Source: Candidatus Poribacteria bacterium (GTDB lineage: Bacteria; Poribacteria; WGA-4E; WGA-3G). Taken from it: 64,000 bases of DNA. Location: assembly GCA_965214095.1 (NCBI GenBank), contig OZ243938.1, positions 576,001 through 640,000 of the forward strand. Reading direction: 5' to 3'. This document shows, one piece after another, positions 50,030-59,171 of this stretch. The translations under genes were made by a program, and so were the position numbers. The notes beneath the pieces were generated by a model. That model was not told the origin of the DNA. It did not search any database and saw nothing but the letters and a program-made list of their open reading frames with translations. Position 1 is the stretch's first letter, and every line of letters begins with the position of its first letter.

Positions 50030-51976
50030 TTAATCGTTACTCTCTGTCACTGCTTCCATTGGAACTTCAGGTTGCTTCTTTTTCTCTCCCCAAAGACCAA
50101 GCCAGAAAATAAATCCGACAAGTGCGAAAAAGAGAACCATTATGATAGATACCATATTCACAGCCTCGCTAAGCGAAGGTGTGAATGCGTCAACAGAGGT
50201 GTCTCTATGAACACCGAAAATATGCCACCCTTCACGTAGACCTGAACGCGCATATCCCATCAAACCCATCAGGGAGGTAAAGGTGATAGCAAGTAATATC
50301 AGAACGTATTGTGAACGTTCTGTCATCCCACCCCAATCTATAGTGCCAGATGTTGTTGCTCTTCTATACATGAATATATCAATGATTGTTACAATCACCA
50401 TGACACCAAGCGCAACCATAACTTGCCAAGGGGTTAGGACATTCACACGGGTGTCAGTAGCAACAGAAAAACCAACGATTCCGATAACAACAATAGAAAC
50501 AACTCCTAAAAAGAATATAGAAGAAATTAATATATTACCAAGACCTTTCCAGCTTGTTGTTGGTGTCTTACCAGAACGTCTATAGAATAGAAAACTCAAG
50601 AAAGTTGTTAGGATAACGATGTTAACAGCGGTATTTTTCGCAGTCATCAATCCAAAGAAACCAAGGTGCGGGTGGTTTGAACCTCCCATTGCACTTAACT
50701 CAGATGCTGAGGAGATTTTTGATAAAGTACGCGGGGTCATCCATACAGCTACACAGATGACAATAATGGCAATCATATAAGGACGATAGCGAGCATATAT
50801 CTCACCACCCTTAATACGACCCATTCCTGACCATAGATAGTAGTTTGCACCGATGAATAGCACACCGATCATCACTGCCTGAAGAATAAATAGCCAAGAA
50901 AATAGGCTACCCATCATATTGATACCCATGGTGTTATTGAACATGTAGATTTCTCTACCTAACCAATAACCCGCGAAGGGAAGTGGTATTAGACCACACA
51001 ATGCAATGAAATTGCCGTTATATCCCATCCAATCGTAATGTGCTTTGTCTTCCTTCGTTTTGGCAACGAGGAACCGGAATGCAGCATAAGCTGCAACAAT
51101 AGAACCACCAAAGGCAATGTTACCAATTAATCTGTGAATATTGACTGGCATCCATGTAAAGTTGTTGACTGCTTCCCATACATTCGCTAAGAAGTCTCCT
51201 GACTCATTGTGAAGCGGAATAACAGAGTTGCCAGTTATCCCATCAAGAACTTCAGCACGTGTCATCTCAGGATCTTGAGTTAACATGCTTTCAATCCATG
51301 CTTCCTTTGTTTCATCGGACAATTTCTTAAATTGTGTTGCAGGACTCGTTTGATAGGTGAGCCATGTATTTGATACAAACATGATGGCTGTTCCCCACAA
51401 GTTTAACAGAACACCAAGCACAAGGTGTATCCATTTAAACCGTCCCCGCATCTTATCCCAACCATAATAATAGATGTATAACGTAAAAGTTTCTCCAAAG
51501 AACAGTACAACGTAGAATATCATTGTCGGACCAAAGATTCCGCTCAACTTACTCAAAACCTTTGGATAACACCATACAAGGATAAAGACAAGAACGCCAC
51601 CCAACAGTGCTGTTGTAGAGAATGCACCCATACAGAGTTTGATGAACTCATGTGCCATTCTGTCATATCGTTCATCTTTGGTCTTCCAACCGATGAACTC
51701 AATAATAACAGCAAACATCGGAACACCAAGGATGAAGGATCCGAAGAGCAGATGTAGCTGCGCGGCGATCCAAGCTGCGTTTCGGCTACCGATCATTGGG
51801 AACGGTCGATATTCTTCATCTGTCACGTCTTGCGCAAAGGCAGGAAGAACAGCAAATAGCACAAAACCGATTAGCATCACTGCAAGTATGAAATATATTC
51901 TCTTCAGAGTTTTTGGAGAGCAACAACGCATCTTTCGTTTCTCACCTACATTGTGTTGTCTTTCGATTGGCAACAC
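50030..51976 (-). CDS. Cytochrome bd-like oxidase subunit I (CydA-like, long OR-N/Nitrospira type)
   Basis: AQLHLLFGSFILGVP, DERYDRMA.E, FFGETF.LY.YYYGW, NIHRLIGN, MGYARSGLR..W; no cydB adjacent. Confidence 0.82.
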   Translation of the reverse strand: MLPIERQHNVGEKRKMRCCSPKTLKRIYFILAVMLIGFVLFAVLPAFAQDVTDEEYRPFPMIGSRNAAWIAAQLHLLFGSFILGVPMFAVIIEFIGWKTKDERYDRMAHEFIKLCMGAFSTTALLGGVLVFILVWCYPKVLSKLSGIFGPTMIFYVVLFFGETFTLYIYYYGWDKMRGRFKWIHLVLGVLLNLWGTAIMFVSNTWLTYQTSPATQFKKLSDETKEAWIESMLTQDPEMTRAEVLDGITGNSVIPLHNESGDFLANVWEAVNNFTWMPVNIHRLIGNIAFGGSIVAAYAAFRFLVAKTKEDKAHYDWMGYNGNFIALCGLIPLPFAGYWLGREIYMFNNTMGINMMGSLFSWLFILQAVMIGVLFIGANYYLWSGMGRIKGGEIYARYRPYMIAIIVICVAVWMTPRTLSKISSASELSAMGGSNHPHLGFFGLMTAKNTAVNIVILTTFLSFLFYRRSGKTPTTSWKGLGNILISSIFFLGVVSIVVIGIVGFSVATDTRVNVLTPWQVMVALGVMVIVTIIDIFMYRRATTSGTIDWGGMTERSQYVLILLAITFTSLMGLMGYARSGLREGWHIFGVHRDTSVDAFTPSLSEAVNMVSIIMVLFFALVGFIFWLGLWGEKKKQPEVPMEAVTESND

Positions 51977-52011
51977 GAGATTTAAAATCTAATTTATGTC
52001 AAGAAGTCAGG

Positions 52012-52128
52012 TAATGCCATTTCTAATAGAAAATGCCGCATTTTTGTAGCATAAACTGCCAGTTTGTGCCGTCGTTCAAGGCATTCATAACAAATGTTAA
52101 TGAGATAAACATTTATAGAAATGGTATA
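52012..52128. mobile_element. MITE (CCATTTCT/AGAAATGG ends) with a different GTAG hairpin
   Basis: TAATGCCATTTCT...AGAAATGGTATA; GTAGCATAAACTGCCAGTTTGTGC core. Confidence 0.6.
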
Positions 52129-52130
52129 AC

Positions 52131-52895
52131 TTATTTTTTCTTAGGTTTTTTGAAATCTGTACTCTTAAATTCAACTGTGACATCACCATCTGCAGGAACT
52201 TCTACGGTTTTGTTAGCAGATCCGAGATCTTCATGCCACGCAATTACTCTCGTTCTACCTGCTGGAACTTCTTTCAATGTAAATTTACCTGTATCAGTCG
52301 ATTTTTCATAGGTATCAGGATCAATGAATTTATCTTTATCGTCTTTCTGTCCAGTTACAGTATAATAGTTACTATCTACCGCAACAATGTAACCTGACAT
52401 CCATGCATGAATATCACATGTCAACTTAATCGCTTCTGCTTTAGTGATTTTATAAGGTACTTTTGTGCCTTTTTGTGCAATCTGCACGTTCGGTGCCTCA
52501 TTCTTTTCAGCATGTGAATGAACATTGTGTGCTACTGGATCACTTGACGTAAGTTCTACCGTCGAACCTGTCGGAACAACGAGAACATGCGGCAAATAAC
52601 GACAGTTCTTTTGGTCAACAACTACATTCTCCTTGAGTGGCGTAACTGTATAACCCCTACCCCGTGCATAAATCACAACATTCTGGATACCTTTACCTTT
52701 AGATACAACAAGATTCTCAGATTTCGCACCCGCAGTTGAATCAATACAATGTTGTTCAGTCGTGTTAATTGTCAGGGCAGTACGCGCTGGGGCATCTCCT
52801 TCATAAATTACTGTTCCAGTTATATTGCCGGCAAATGCAAGACTAGTCATTGTCCCGATAATAAGTAATGTGAATATGATTTTTAAGTTTTTCAT
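52131..52895 (-). CDS. Periplasmic cupredoxin-like/carboxypeptidase-regulatory-domain protein (paralog 1)
   Basis: Signal peptide; DQKNCRYLPHV, AHNVH, TCDIHAWM, GKFTLKEVPAG...AWHE. Confidence 0.78.
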   Translation of the reverse strand: MKNLKIIFTLLIIGTMTSLAFAGNITGTVIYEGDAPARTALTINTTEQHCIDSTAGAKSENLVVSKGKGIQNVVIYARGRGYTVTPLKENVVVDQKNCRYLPHVLVVPTGSTVELTSSDPVAHNVHSHAEKNEAPNVQIAQKGTKVPYKITKAEAIKLTCDIHAWMSGYIVAVDSNYYTVTGQKDDKDKFIDPDTYEKSTDTGKFTLKEVPAGRTRVIAWHEDLGSANKTVEVPADGDVTVEFKSTDFKKPKKK

Positions 52896-52974
52896 CGTTC
52901 TACTCCTCAATTTAATAATTAAACTTTTTATTATATTAACACCTTAAGATTTGAATTGGCAAACCCTAAAAAAC

Positions 52975-53000
52975 AACTATCACGGATATCCGTGATAGTT
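52975..53000. promoter_or_regulatory. Perfect 26-bp palindrome, putative regulator site
   Basis: AACTATCACGGATATCCGTGATAGTT; the 16-bp core recurs at 59156. Confidence 0.6.
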
Positions 53001-53355
53001 AAGGTCTGAAACTTTTCTTGATATATTCAAGAAGTTCCTCTTGTTCATCAACGCTGAGATAATAGTGAAACGCTGGCATATCGTTTTTTCCATCTCGTAT
53101 ACTATTCAGTAATTGTTCATCTTCATGCATCAACCATAGAACGTTGTCTGTTAGGTCTGCCGGGTCTAATTTTTTAAACCGTCCTATTCTCCCATTGCCT
53201 TCACCACTGTGCCCGTGGCATCCGGCACAATATCTTGCATAATGATACTCAACTTCAGTCGGATACTTTGTGCTTGGGTCAATTTGTTTCCCTAACCAGA
53301 TGAAACCGTTTAACCAAACTAAGACCATGACGATAATAATCAATAGATGTTTCAA
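52999..53355 (-). CDS. Small monoheme cytochrome c
   Basis: CAGCH, GKNDMPAF. Confidence 0.85.
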   Translation of the reverse strand: MKHLLIIIVMVLVWLNGFIWLGKQIDPSTKYPTEVEYHYARYCAGCHGHSGEGNGRIGRFKKLDPADLTDNVLWLMHEDEQLLNSIRDGKNDMPAFHYYLSVDEQEELLEYIKKSFRP

Positions 53356-53392
53356 TATGTAGGATACTCCGAAAAAGAAATCCGCACCTACA

Positions 53393-56300
53393 CTAACGTC
53401 CTAATGATATGAGATAATCCCGGACTAACCGAATCTGTTTCTCAGCATCATCGCCGGCATAACCCGGAACAGCCATGTGTTGTCCACCTGCGATTGGCCA
53501 TGCCTGTGGCATTGCAGTGCCTTTCTGGAAACTTTGTGGATCTTTCATCCAATCTATGAGCCAATCTGCTTTGAGTCGCGTTTTTGCCAAGGATAGATCG
53601 GGTCTACCAGCTTTGTCGCTACCTGCGGGAATCACCTCACCCTGTGATGGATGACAGGAATCGCATTTCAGTGCATCAAAAATCTGTTTACCGACTTGAA
53701 GTTCAGCACGGGTTGACGTTGGTTGTTCTATGGTTTCATAGGGGAAAGGTTCATTGTCTAATGTTGAGAAGTATTTCACAAGTGTCGTTGCATCTTCATC
53801 CGACATATCAAATGTTGGCATACGAACTTTGAGACCGTAACGGATGTCTGAAGGAGCTTTGAGGAAATCAAATAACCATTCAGGATAAACCCGCGCACCT
53901 TCTGCTTGAAGCGTAGGTGGGGCAAGCTGCTTCGCAGTGATCTGATCTAAACCCTCGTGTGAAACAATAATGTTTTCATAATCACCACCCTCACCCTCAA
54001 TTATGTGACATCCAGTGCAGTTGTATTTTTTCACTACTCTTCTGCCAGCGTCTATTTGATTCTGTTTTTCAACGCGTTCTGGTTCAACTGCATGCTCAAA
54101 TATATAATTCAATGGATATGGTTGTGGTTGGAAACTCTTCAATAAAACAGCGATAGCCTTGGCATCTTCTACATCGTTTTTCAGATTTTGGAACACTGGC
54201 ATACGAGAAGCAATCCGACGCGTTTCGTATCTTCTTGGGTCTGTAAGTTTACCAATTGTCCAACCGTGCCAACTATGTTCAACATCTTCTTCTAAGGTAT
54301 CACCGAAGTCAAGCTCATCATATAGTTTCGCACCAAATTCACCGAGATCAGCACCGACCTTGGATTCATTCTCAAATCCTGGGATCTCATGGCAACCGAA
54401 ACATCCGTAAGTCCGGACAAGTTTTTCACCTTCCTGTGCATCAACTTCACCGATTGAATTGGATAGAGGCGATGGTGTTGTTTCTTGGAGACTCATTAGA
54501 TATGCAACTACATTATCAAGTTCACGGTTGCTTAAACGCAGACTCGGCATTGATGTATCGGGGTCATATTCTCTCGGATTTTCTATCCATTTACGGAGGT
54601 AACTTGGTTTCACTTTGTTACCTACACTGTCAAGAGCAGGTGCAAAATCACTGCCTAATCCATCTACAGTATGACAGGACAGACATCCTACCGTCTTCAC
54701 AGTTTCTTCACCAGCACTGATCGCACTTTCAGACTTTGAATATGTTTCCTGCGATTCATCCAAAGATGGGTCTTTCATTCTCGCAAGATAGGCTGCAATT
54801 GATTTTACCTCATCAACGATACGTAAAACATCATCTTTTGCATAAGTATATGATGTACCATCATCTGCAGTTAGAACATAGTTCGCATCTGTTTCTGCAA
54901 CAACGCCTGTCCGCTGACCACCATTCTTAAAGTAGACAAGCTGGGTCATGCCTTCTACAGGAAAGAAATTCGGCATCGTAGTTTCTGGTAGGTAGGCTTC
55001 CGGTTGTTTAATCCATTCTTCAAGCCATTTGACATCGTCAACCTTACTGCCAACTTTGCTCAGTGATGGACCAACCTTGCCAAGTTTCTCAAGAGAACTG
55101 TATCCTTCAACTGCATGACACCCATGACATCCAAGTGTTTCAAATAGATCCATACCTTTTGAAAGAGTAGGTGCATAGTCCACTGGAATGTTAGTTTCTG
55201 GGTCAACATGATCTAACTTCATCACCCCATCATGACAACGTCTACAATTTGATTCCATATATCCTTTTTTCTCTGTAGATGTCATTCCAGTCTCTTTATC
55301 CATACCAAGCACAGGTGTAAGCCAAAATTCTGCATGTGTTAGTGCATGTGCGGATTTTGCTGTCAAGCCGTGTCCTTGTCCACCATGACAAGGTGTACAC
55401 CCAAATCTTTCAACGGGGTGTTTTGCAAGTAACACATCACGATCTGGATGCGTTTGCAGGACATCACGGTATCCCGTTTCATAAGATATTTCAACTTCAC
55501 CAAACACACCTGTATCAGTGAACGTGAGCAATCCATCTTCTGACAATTCATATTCATCAGGTTCTGCATCAAAACCATCAATAACTATTGTCTCACTACC
55601 AAGTTTCACCTTTGGATGTTTCAGTTGATGTGTTTCAAAGTTCTCTCCATCACCATCTACTTCAAACGTCTCCTGTGCCTCAGTATCATAACCGCTTCTA
55701 TCAACCGAGAAGTGACAAGTCGCACATCGATCAGCAGTATAATCGAACTCTTCAAGATAATACTGAACGATAGTACGCGTCTCTCTAAATGGATTTTCTA
55801 AGAGACTTCCAAGGAAGGTGCGTTTGATGCCACCGACATCTGCTAACTTCTCTTCAAGTCGTGTAACTGCATCAAATTGTTTCTTGATCGTATCAAGTGA
55901 ATCGAGTGCTTGTTGTGCTGCAGCAATCCCATCTGTAATATCTGTGTCAGTAGACTTGTTTTTTTGTGCAATGAGATATGTTGAAAGTGCTTTTGCTGGG
56001 TCATTATTGGATAGGTAAAATTCTGCAAGTGATTTATTTTCATCTGCATATTCTTTTTGTGCTTTCAGGACTGCAAAGGTGAGTTCACCTTCAATCCGTT
56101 TTTCAAATTCGTCTAATTTTTCTTTCCACTTTTGGACTTCTTCTGTCTCTTCACCATGTGCTACATGTAGACTATTCTGATATTTATAATTGATTGCATC
56201 GGATTTGCTCTGTTCAAACTTGCGTTCTTGCAATGCTTCATCCAACGCCACCTTTTTCGTCTCAACGACATTCTCTAATTTACTTAATTCTTTCGTATCA

Positions 56301-56533
56301 AACTCAGGATCGGAGGGTTTTTCAGGTAAATTATTCTTTGCATGTTCCAATTCAGTCTTTGTCTTTTCATATTCATATTGGTAAAACTGTTGTTGGATTT
56401 CTTTCCAAGGTCTTCGAGTGATCATCTCATCCCAGAAACCCCATACGGTAACCAAGCCTAACAGTGCTGACAGAATAAAGAACAAAACAGCATAAGATTT
56501 TTTTTCTGCTGGAATATCTTTGTTGTTCCTCAC
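53393..56533 (-). CDS. Large membrane-anchored octaheme cytochrome c of the Rieske/cyt b complex
   Basis: Eight CxxCH motifs (CATCH, CTPCH, CRRCH, CHGCH, CLSCH, CFGCH, CTGCH, CDSCH); N-terminal TM and coiled coil. Confidence 0.88.
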   Translation of the reverse strand: MRNNKDIPAEKKSYAVLFFILSALLGLVTVWGFWDEMITRRPWKEIQQQFYQYEYEKTKTELEHAKNNLPEKPSDPEFDTKELSKLENVVETKKVALDEALQERKFEQSKSDAINYKYQNSLHVAHGEETEEVQKWKEKLDEFEKRIEGELTFAVLKAQKEYADENKSLAEFYLSNNDPAKALSTYLIAQKNKSTDTDITDGIAAAQQALDSLDTIKKQFDAVTRLEEKLADVGGIKRTFLGSLLENPFRETRTIVQYYLEEFDYTADRCATCHFSVDRSGYDTEAQETFEVDGDGENFETHQLKHPKVKLGSETIVIDGFDAEPDEYELSEDGLLTFTDTGVFGEVEISYETGYRDVLQTHPDRDVLLAKHPVERFGCTPCHGGQGHGLTAKSAHALTHAEFWLTPVLGMDKETGMTSTEKKGYMESNCRRCHDGVMKLDHVDPETNIPVDYAPTLSKGMDLFETLGCHGCHAVEGYSSLEKLGKVGPSLSKVGSKVDDVKWLEEWIKQPEAYLPETTMPNFFPVEGMTQLVYFKNGGQRTGVVAETDANYVLTADDGTSYTYAKDDVLRIVDEVKSIAAYLARMKDPSLDESQETYSKSESAISAGEETVKTVGCLSCHTVDGLGSDFAPALDSVGNKVKPSYLRKWIENPREYDPDTSMPSLRLSNRELDNVVAYLMSLQETTPSPLSNSIGEVDAQEGEKLVRTYGCFGCHEIPGFENESKVGADLGEFGAKLYDELDFGDTLEEDVEHSWHGWTIGKLTDPRRYETRRIASRMPVFQNLKNDVEDAKAIAVLLKSFQPQPYPLNYIFEHAVEPERVEKQNQIDAGRRVVKKYNCTGCHIIEGEGGDYENIIVSHEGLDQITAKQLAPPTLQAEGARVYPEWLFDFLKAPSDIRYGLKVRMPTFDMSDEDATTLVKYFSTLDNEPFPYETIEQPTSTRAELQVGKQIFDALKCDSCHPSQGEVIPAGSDKAGRPDLSLAKTRLKADWLIDWMKDPQSFQKGTAMPQAWPIAGGQHMAVPGYAGDDAEKQIRLVRDYLISLGR

Positions 56534-56559
56534 GAAATGTATTCCTCCAAATCAATCAT

Positions 56560-56769
56560 TATAGTAAAAACCATAATTATTTACACACTACGGTAGGTTC
56601 GGTTTCCTAACCGAACTTACACACTACGGTAGGTTCAGTTTCCTAACCGAACTTACACACTACGGTAGGTTCGGTTTCCTAACCGAACCAGCGTTTGTTC
56701 AGTCTCATAGATGCGGTTAGGAAACCGCATCTATGAGAGAGTGTGCACGTATTTTTACATTTCACTATA
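56560..56769. mobile_element. IS630-type MITE with a triplicated 36-bp REP-like unit
   Basis: TATAGT...ACTATA; units 56581-56616, 56617-56652 and 56653-56688 (TTACACACTACGGTAGGTTCRGTTTCCTAACCGAAC). Confidence 0.75.
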
Positions 56770-56822
56770 ATACGAGTACAATGTATACAGAAAGACAATG
56801 TTATACTAACTAACATCTACAT

Positions 56823-57689
56823 TTAGATATTGAACCAAGGAGACACCCAAACGTATTTTATGTTCAATCCTAAACGTAGTATCATTTTAATCGGTAGTGC
56901 CATCATACATAAGAACAGAGATGATACGATGACATATCGAATCAATCCAAGTTCTTGTAGAAATTTGCTGCTTTTACCTTTCCAAAAATAGAAAACTGGA
57001 CCAAGTGCGAAATATCCTGCAACTACCGCAAATCCAAAGAAATTCGCCGTCATCTCATCGCGGATGCCAAAGAGATATGATAGATTTACATTTGTTAATG
57101 GGACAATTTTATGTGGATCCCAATATTCCCACGGCATAAATATATTCCAACCAGGTCCCCTTAAGAAAGTGCCAACAATCATCAGGACAATCCATAGGAT
57201 AATAAAACCAAAGCAGAATACACCCAAGGCAAACGGACGTTCCTTAATTGTATAATAGCCTTTTCCTTTGGGATTGATGTCAATATAGGGGATTGCTATT
57301 AGACCTACAATGATAAGTCCAGGTAAAACCACACCCGCAATCCAAGGATCAAAATAAACCAACATTTCTTGAAGGGCAAGGAAGTACCATGGGGCTTTAG
57401 ATGGATTAGGTGTTTTGGCCGGATCACTTATCTCTTCAAGTGGTGCATCAATCATAATTGACCACACCGCTAGGATAAGCATGATGATAATCGCACAGAC
57501 AAATTCATTACGACAGAGATAAGGCCAGACATATACTTTATCGTTAAGTGCTGCATCTGAAGGGACACCTGTTCTATCTGTTTGACGTGCTTGCCTGTAT
57601 GCTAACCACATAAAGAATGGAATTAAGAAAAGCATTGCCAAAATTGGCACATTATCGGGTTTCTCTATCAGTAATAGAATATTCTCCAT
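56823..57689 (-). CDS. Cytochrome b C-terminal subunit (subunit IV/PetD-like, extended)
   Basis: DAPLEE..DP..TPNPSKAPWYF...QEMLVYFDPW, PYID. Confidence 0.85.
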   Translation of the reverse strand: MENILLLIEKPDNVPILAMLFLIPFFMWLAYRQARQTDRTGVPSDAALNDKVYVWPYLCRNEFVCAIIIMLILAVWSIMIDAPLEEISDPAKTPNPSKAPWYFLALQEMLVYFDPWIAGVVLPGLIIVGLIAIPYIDINPKGKGYYTIKERPFALGVFCFGFIILWIVLMIVGTFLRGPGWNIFMPWEYWDPHKIVPLTNVNLSYLFGIRDEMTANFFGFAVVAGYFALGPVFYFWKGKSSKFLQELGLIRYVIVSSLFLCMMALPIKMILRLGLNIKYVWVSPWFNI

Positions 57690-57772
57690 ATCTATATCCT
57701 GTCTCCTTCAAATGTGTATTCGTATTTTTGTAAAATATAAGTCTGATTATGTTTATCCAGATTCCAAATGTC

Positions 57773-58561
57773 TTATAGTGGACCAGAAATACCACCATCT
57801 TTACGGACACGCCAGAAATGTAACGCCATCAATAGACTCGCAACAAGAGGAACTGCAATACAATGCAAGATATAGAACCTTAACAATGTTGATGGACCGA
57901 CAATAGTTCCTCCAAGTAATGCAAATCTCACATCATTTGATTGCGTGATAATATCTGCGGGGGCAAAAGGACCTTCATGTCCTAATACTGGTGTAGCACG
58001 AGCCATGTTCGTTCCAACGGTAACTGCCCAATATGCAAGCTGGTCCCACGGAAGTAAATATCCTGTAAAACTCAGGAAAAATGTAATAAGTAATAGAATT
58101 ACGCCGACTGCCCAATTAAACTCACGCGGCTTTTTGTATGAACCTGTCAAGAAAACCCTGAACATGTGTAGCATGACAGAAATAACCATACCATGCGCAG
58201 CCCACCTGTGCATGTTACGCAGAAGCATACCAAAAGGAATGTCAAATTCAAGTGCCTGTACATCTCGAAAAGCATATTCAGCAACAGGTCTATAATAGAA
58301 CATCAGGAGGACACCTGTAACTGCTGTCACAAGGAACATGAGAAAGGTGATACCACCCATACACCATGTAAATCTGAAATTCAAGGCATGACGCGAAATA
58401 CGGGGAGGATGTAAATGAAGCCATACATTCTGTAGGACTTGAAGTGTGAAACGACGTCCAGTATCTTCGTAACCGTGGCGAAAAATAGACTTCCAAATAT
58501 CGGAATTCGTAATCTTTTCTTTTAAACCTTTACGTTCTTCGTTCATTCTTTTCCTTTTCAA
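57773..58561 (-). CDS. petB: Cytochrome b6-like N-terminal subunit
   Basis: WCMGGITF, TGVLLMFYY, RNMHRW..H, H.FRVF, FTGYLLPWDQ, four heme His. Confidence 0.9.
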   Translation of the reverse strand: MKRKRMNEERKGLKEKITNSDIWKSIFRHGYEDTGRRFTLQVLQNVWLHLHPPRISRHALNFRFTWCMGGITFLMFLVTAVTGVLLMFYYRPVAEYAFRDVQALEFDIPFGMLLRNMHRWAAHGMVISVMLHMFRVFLTGSYKKPREFNWAVGVILLLITFFLSFTGYLLPWDQLAYWAVTVGTNMARATPVLGHEGPFAPADIITQSNDVRFALLGGTIVGPSTLLRFYILHCIAVPLVASLLMALHFWRVRKDGGISGPL

Positions 58562-58568
58562 TCTATTG

Positions 58569-59054
58569 TTAGACTTTCAAAGATGCACCAGAGTCACTCC
58601 ATTGACCTTTTTCACCTAAAAACTTAACAGATTTATCTATTTGAAGTTGTCCATCCTCAGCCAAGGTAATCTTCACACGCTCAAGCGGTCGTGGTGCCGG
58701 TCCTTCATAGTTTATACCATCACGATCAAAACCGCTACCGTGGCAAGGACATTTAAATTTGTTTTCTGATGAGAGCCAACGCGGAGTACATCCTAAGTGC
58801 GTGCAAGTGGTTAGTAATGCATAAAACTCTCCATCTTCGCGGCGAACAATCCACACACCAAAAGGTTCTTTCTTGAATTTTTCGCTTACACTACCCGCTG
58901 GATATTCAGCAGGAAAACCAGCTTTAAAGACAGATGAAGGTTCATACAATACACGCGGGTATAAATAACGCACTAAACCCGGACCGAAACATAAACCGAG
59001 TGCAGCCGTAAAACTACCCCATCCAAGTGTATTGAAAAATGCTCGTCTTGACAA
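58569..59054 (-). CDS. petC: Rieske 2Fe-2S subunit
   Basis: Tat SRRAFF; CTHLGC and CPCHGS; GPAPRPL. Confidence 0.92.
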   Translation of the reverse strand: MSRRAFFNTLGWGSFTAALGLCFGPGLVRYLYPRVLYEPSSVFKAGFPAEYPAGSVSEKFKKEPFGVWIVRREDGEFYALLTTCTHLGCTPRWLSSENKFKCPCHGSGFDRDGINYEGPAPRPLERVKITLAEDGQLQIDKSVKFLGEKGQWSDSGASLKV

Positions 59055-59155
59055 CGTTTGTGCCCCCTATCTACGAATCACATTATTTATTTTGTAAAAG
59101 TATATCACAATACAAACTTCTTTGCATGAAATTTGACTGCTTTAAAATTACTTTA

Positions 59156-59171
59156 TCACGGATATCCGTGA
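59156..59171. promoter_or_regulatory. Perfect 16-bp palindrome upstream of the Rieske operon
   Basis: TCACGGATATCCGTGA, identical to the core at 52980-52995. Confidence 0.6.

Noticed and set aside
44998-52895. Nitrite oxidation or anammox metabolism
   Set aside because: There is no NxrA/B, Hao or Hzs in the window; only the accessory bd-like module is present.
56581-56688. Three 36-bp palindromic repeats resembling a CRISPR array
   Set aside because: The units are directly abutting with no spacers, there are no cas genes, and the unit is the REP hairpin found in dispersed MITEs.
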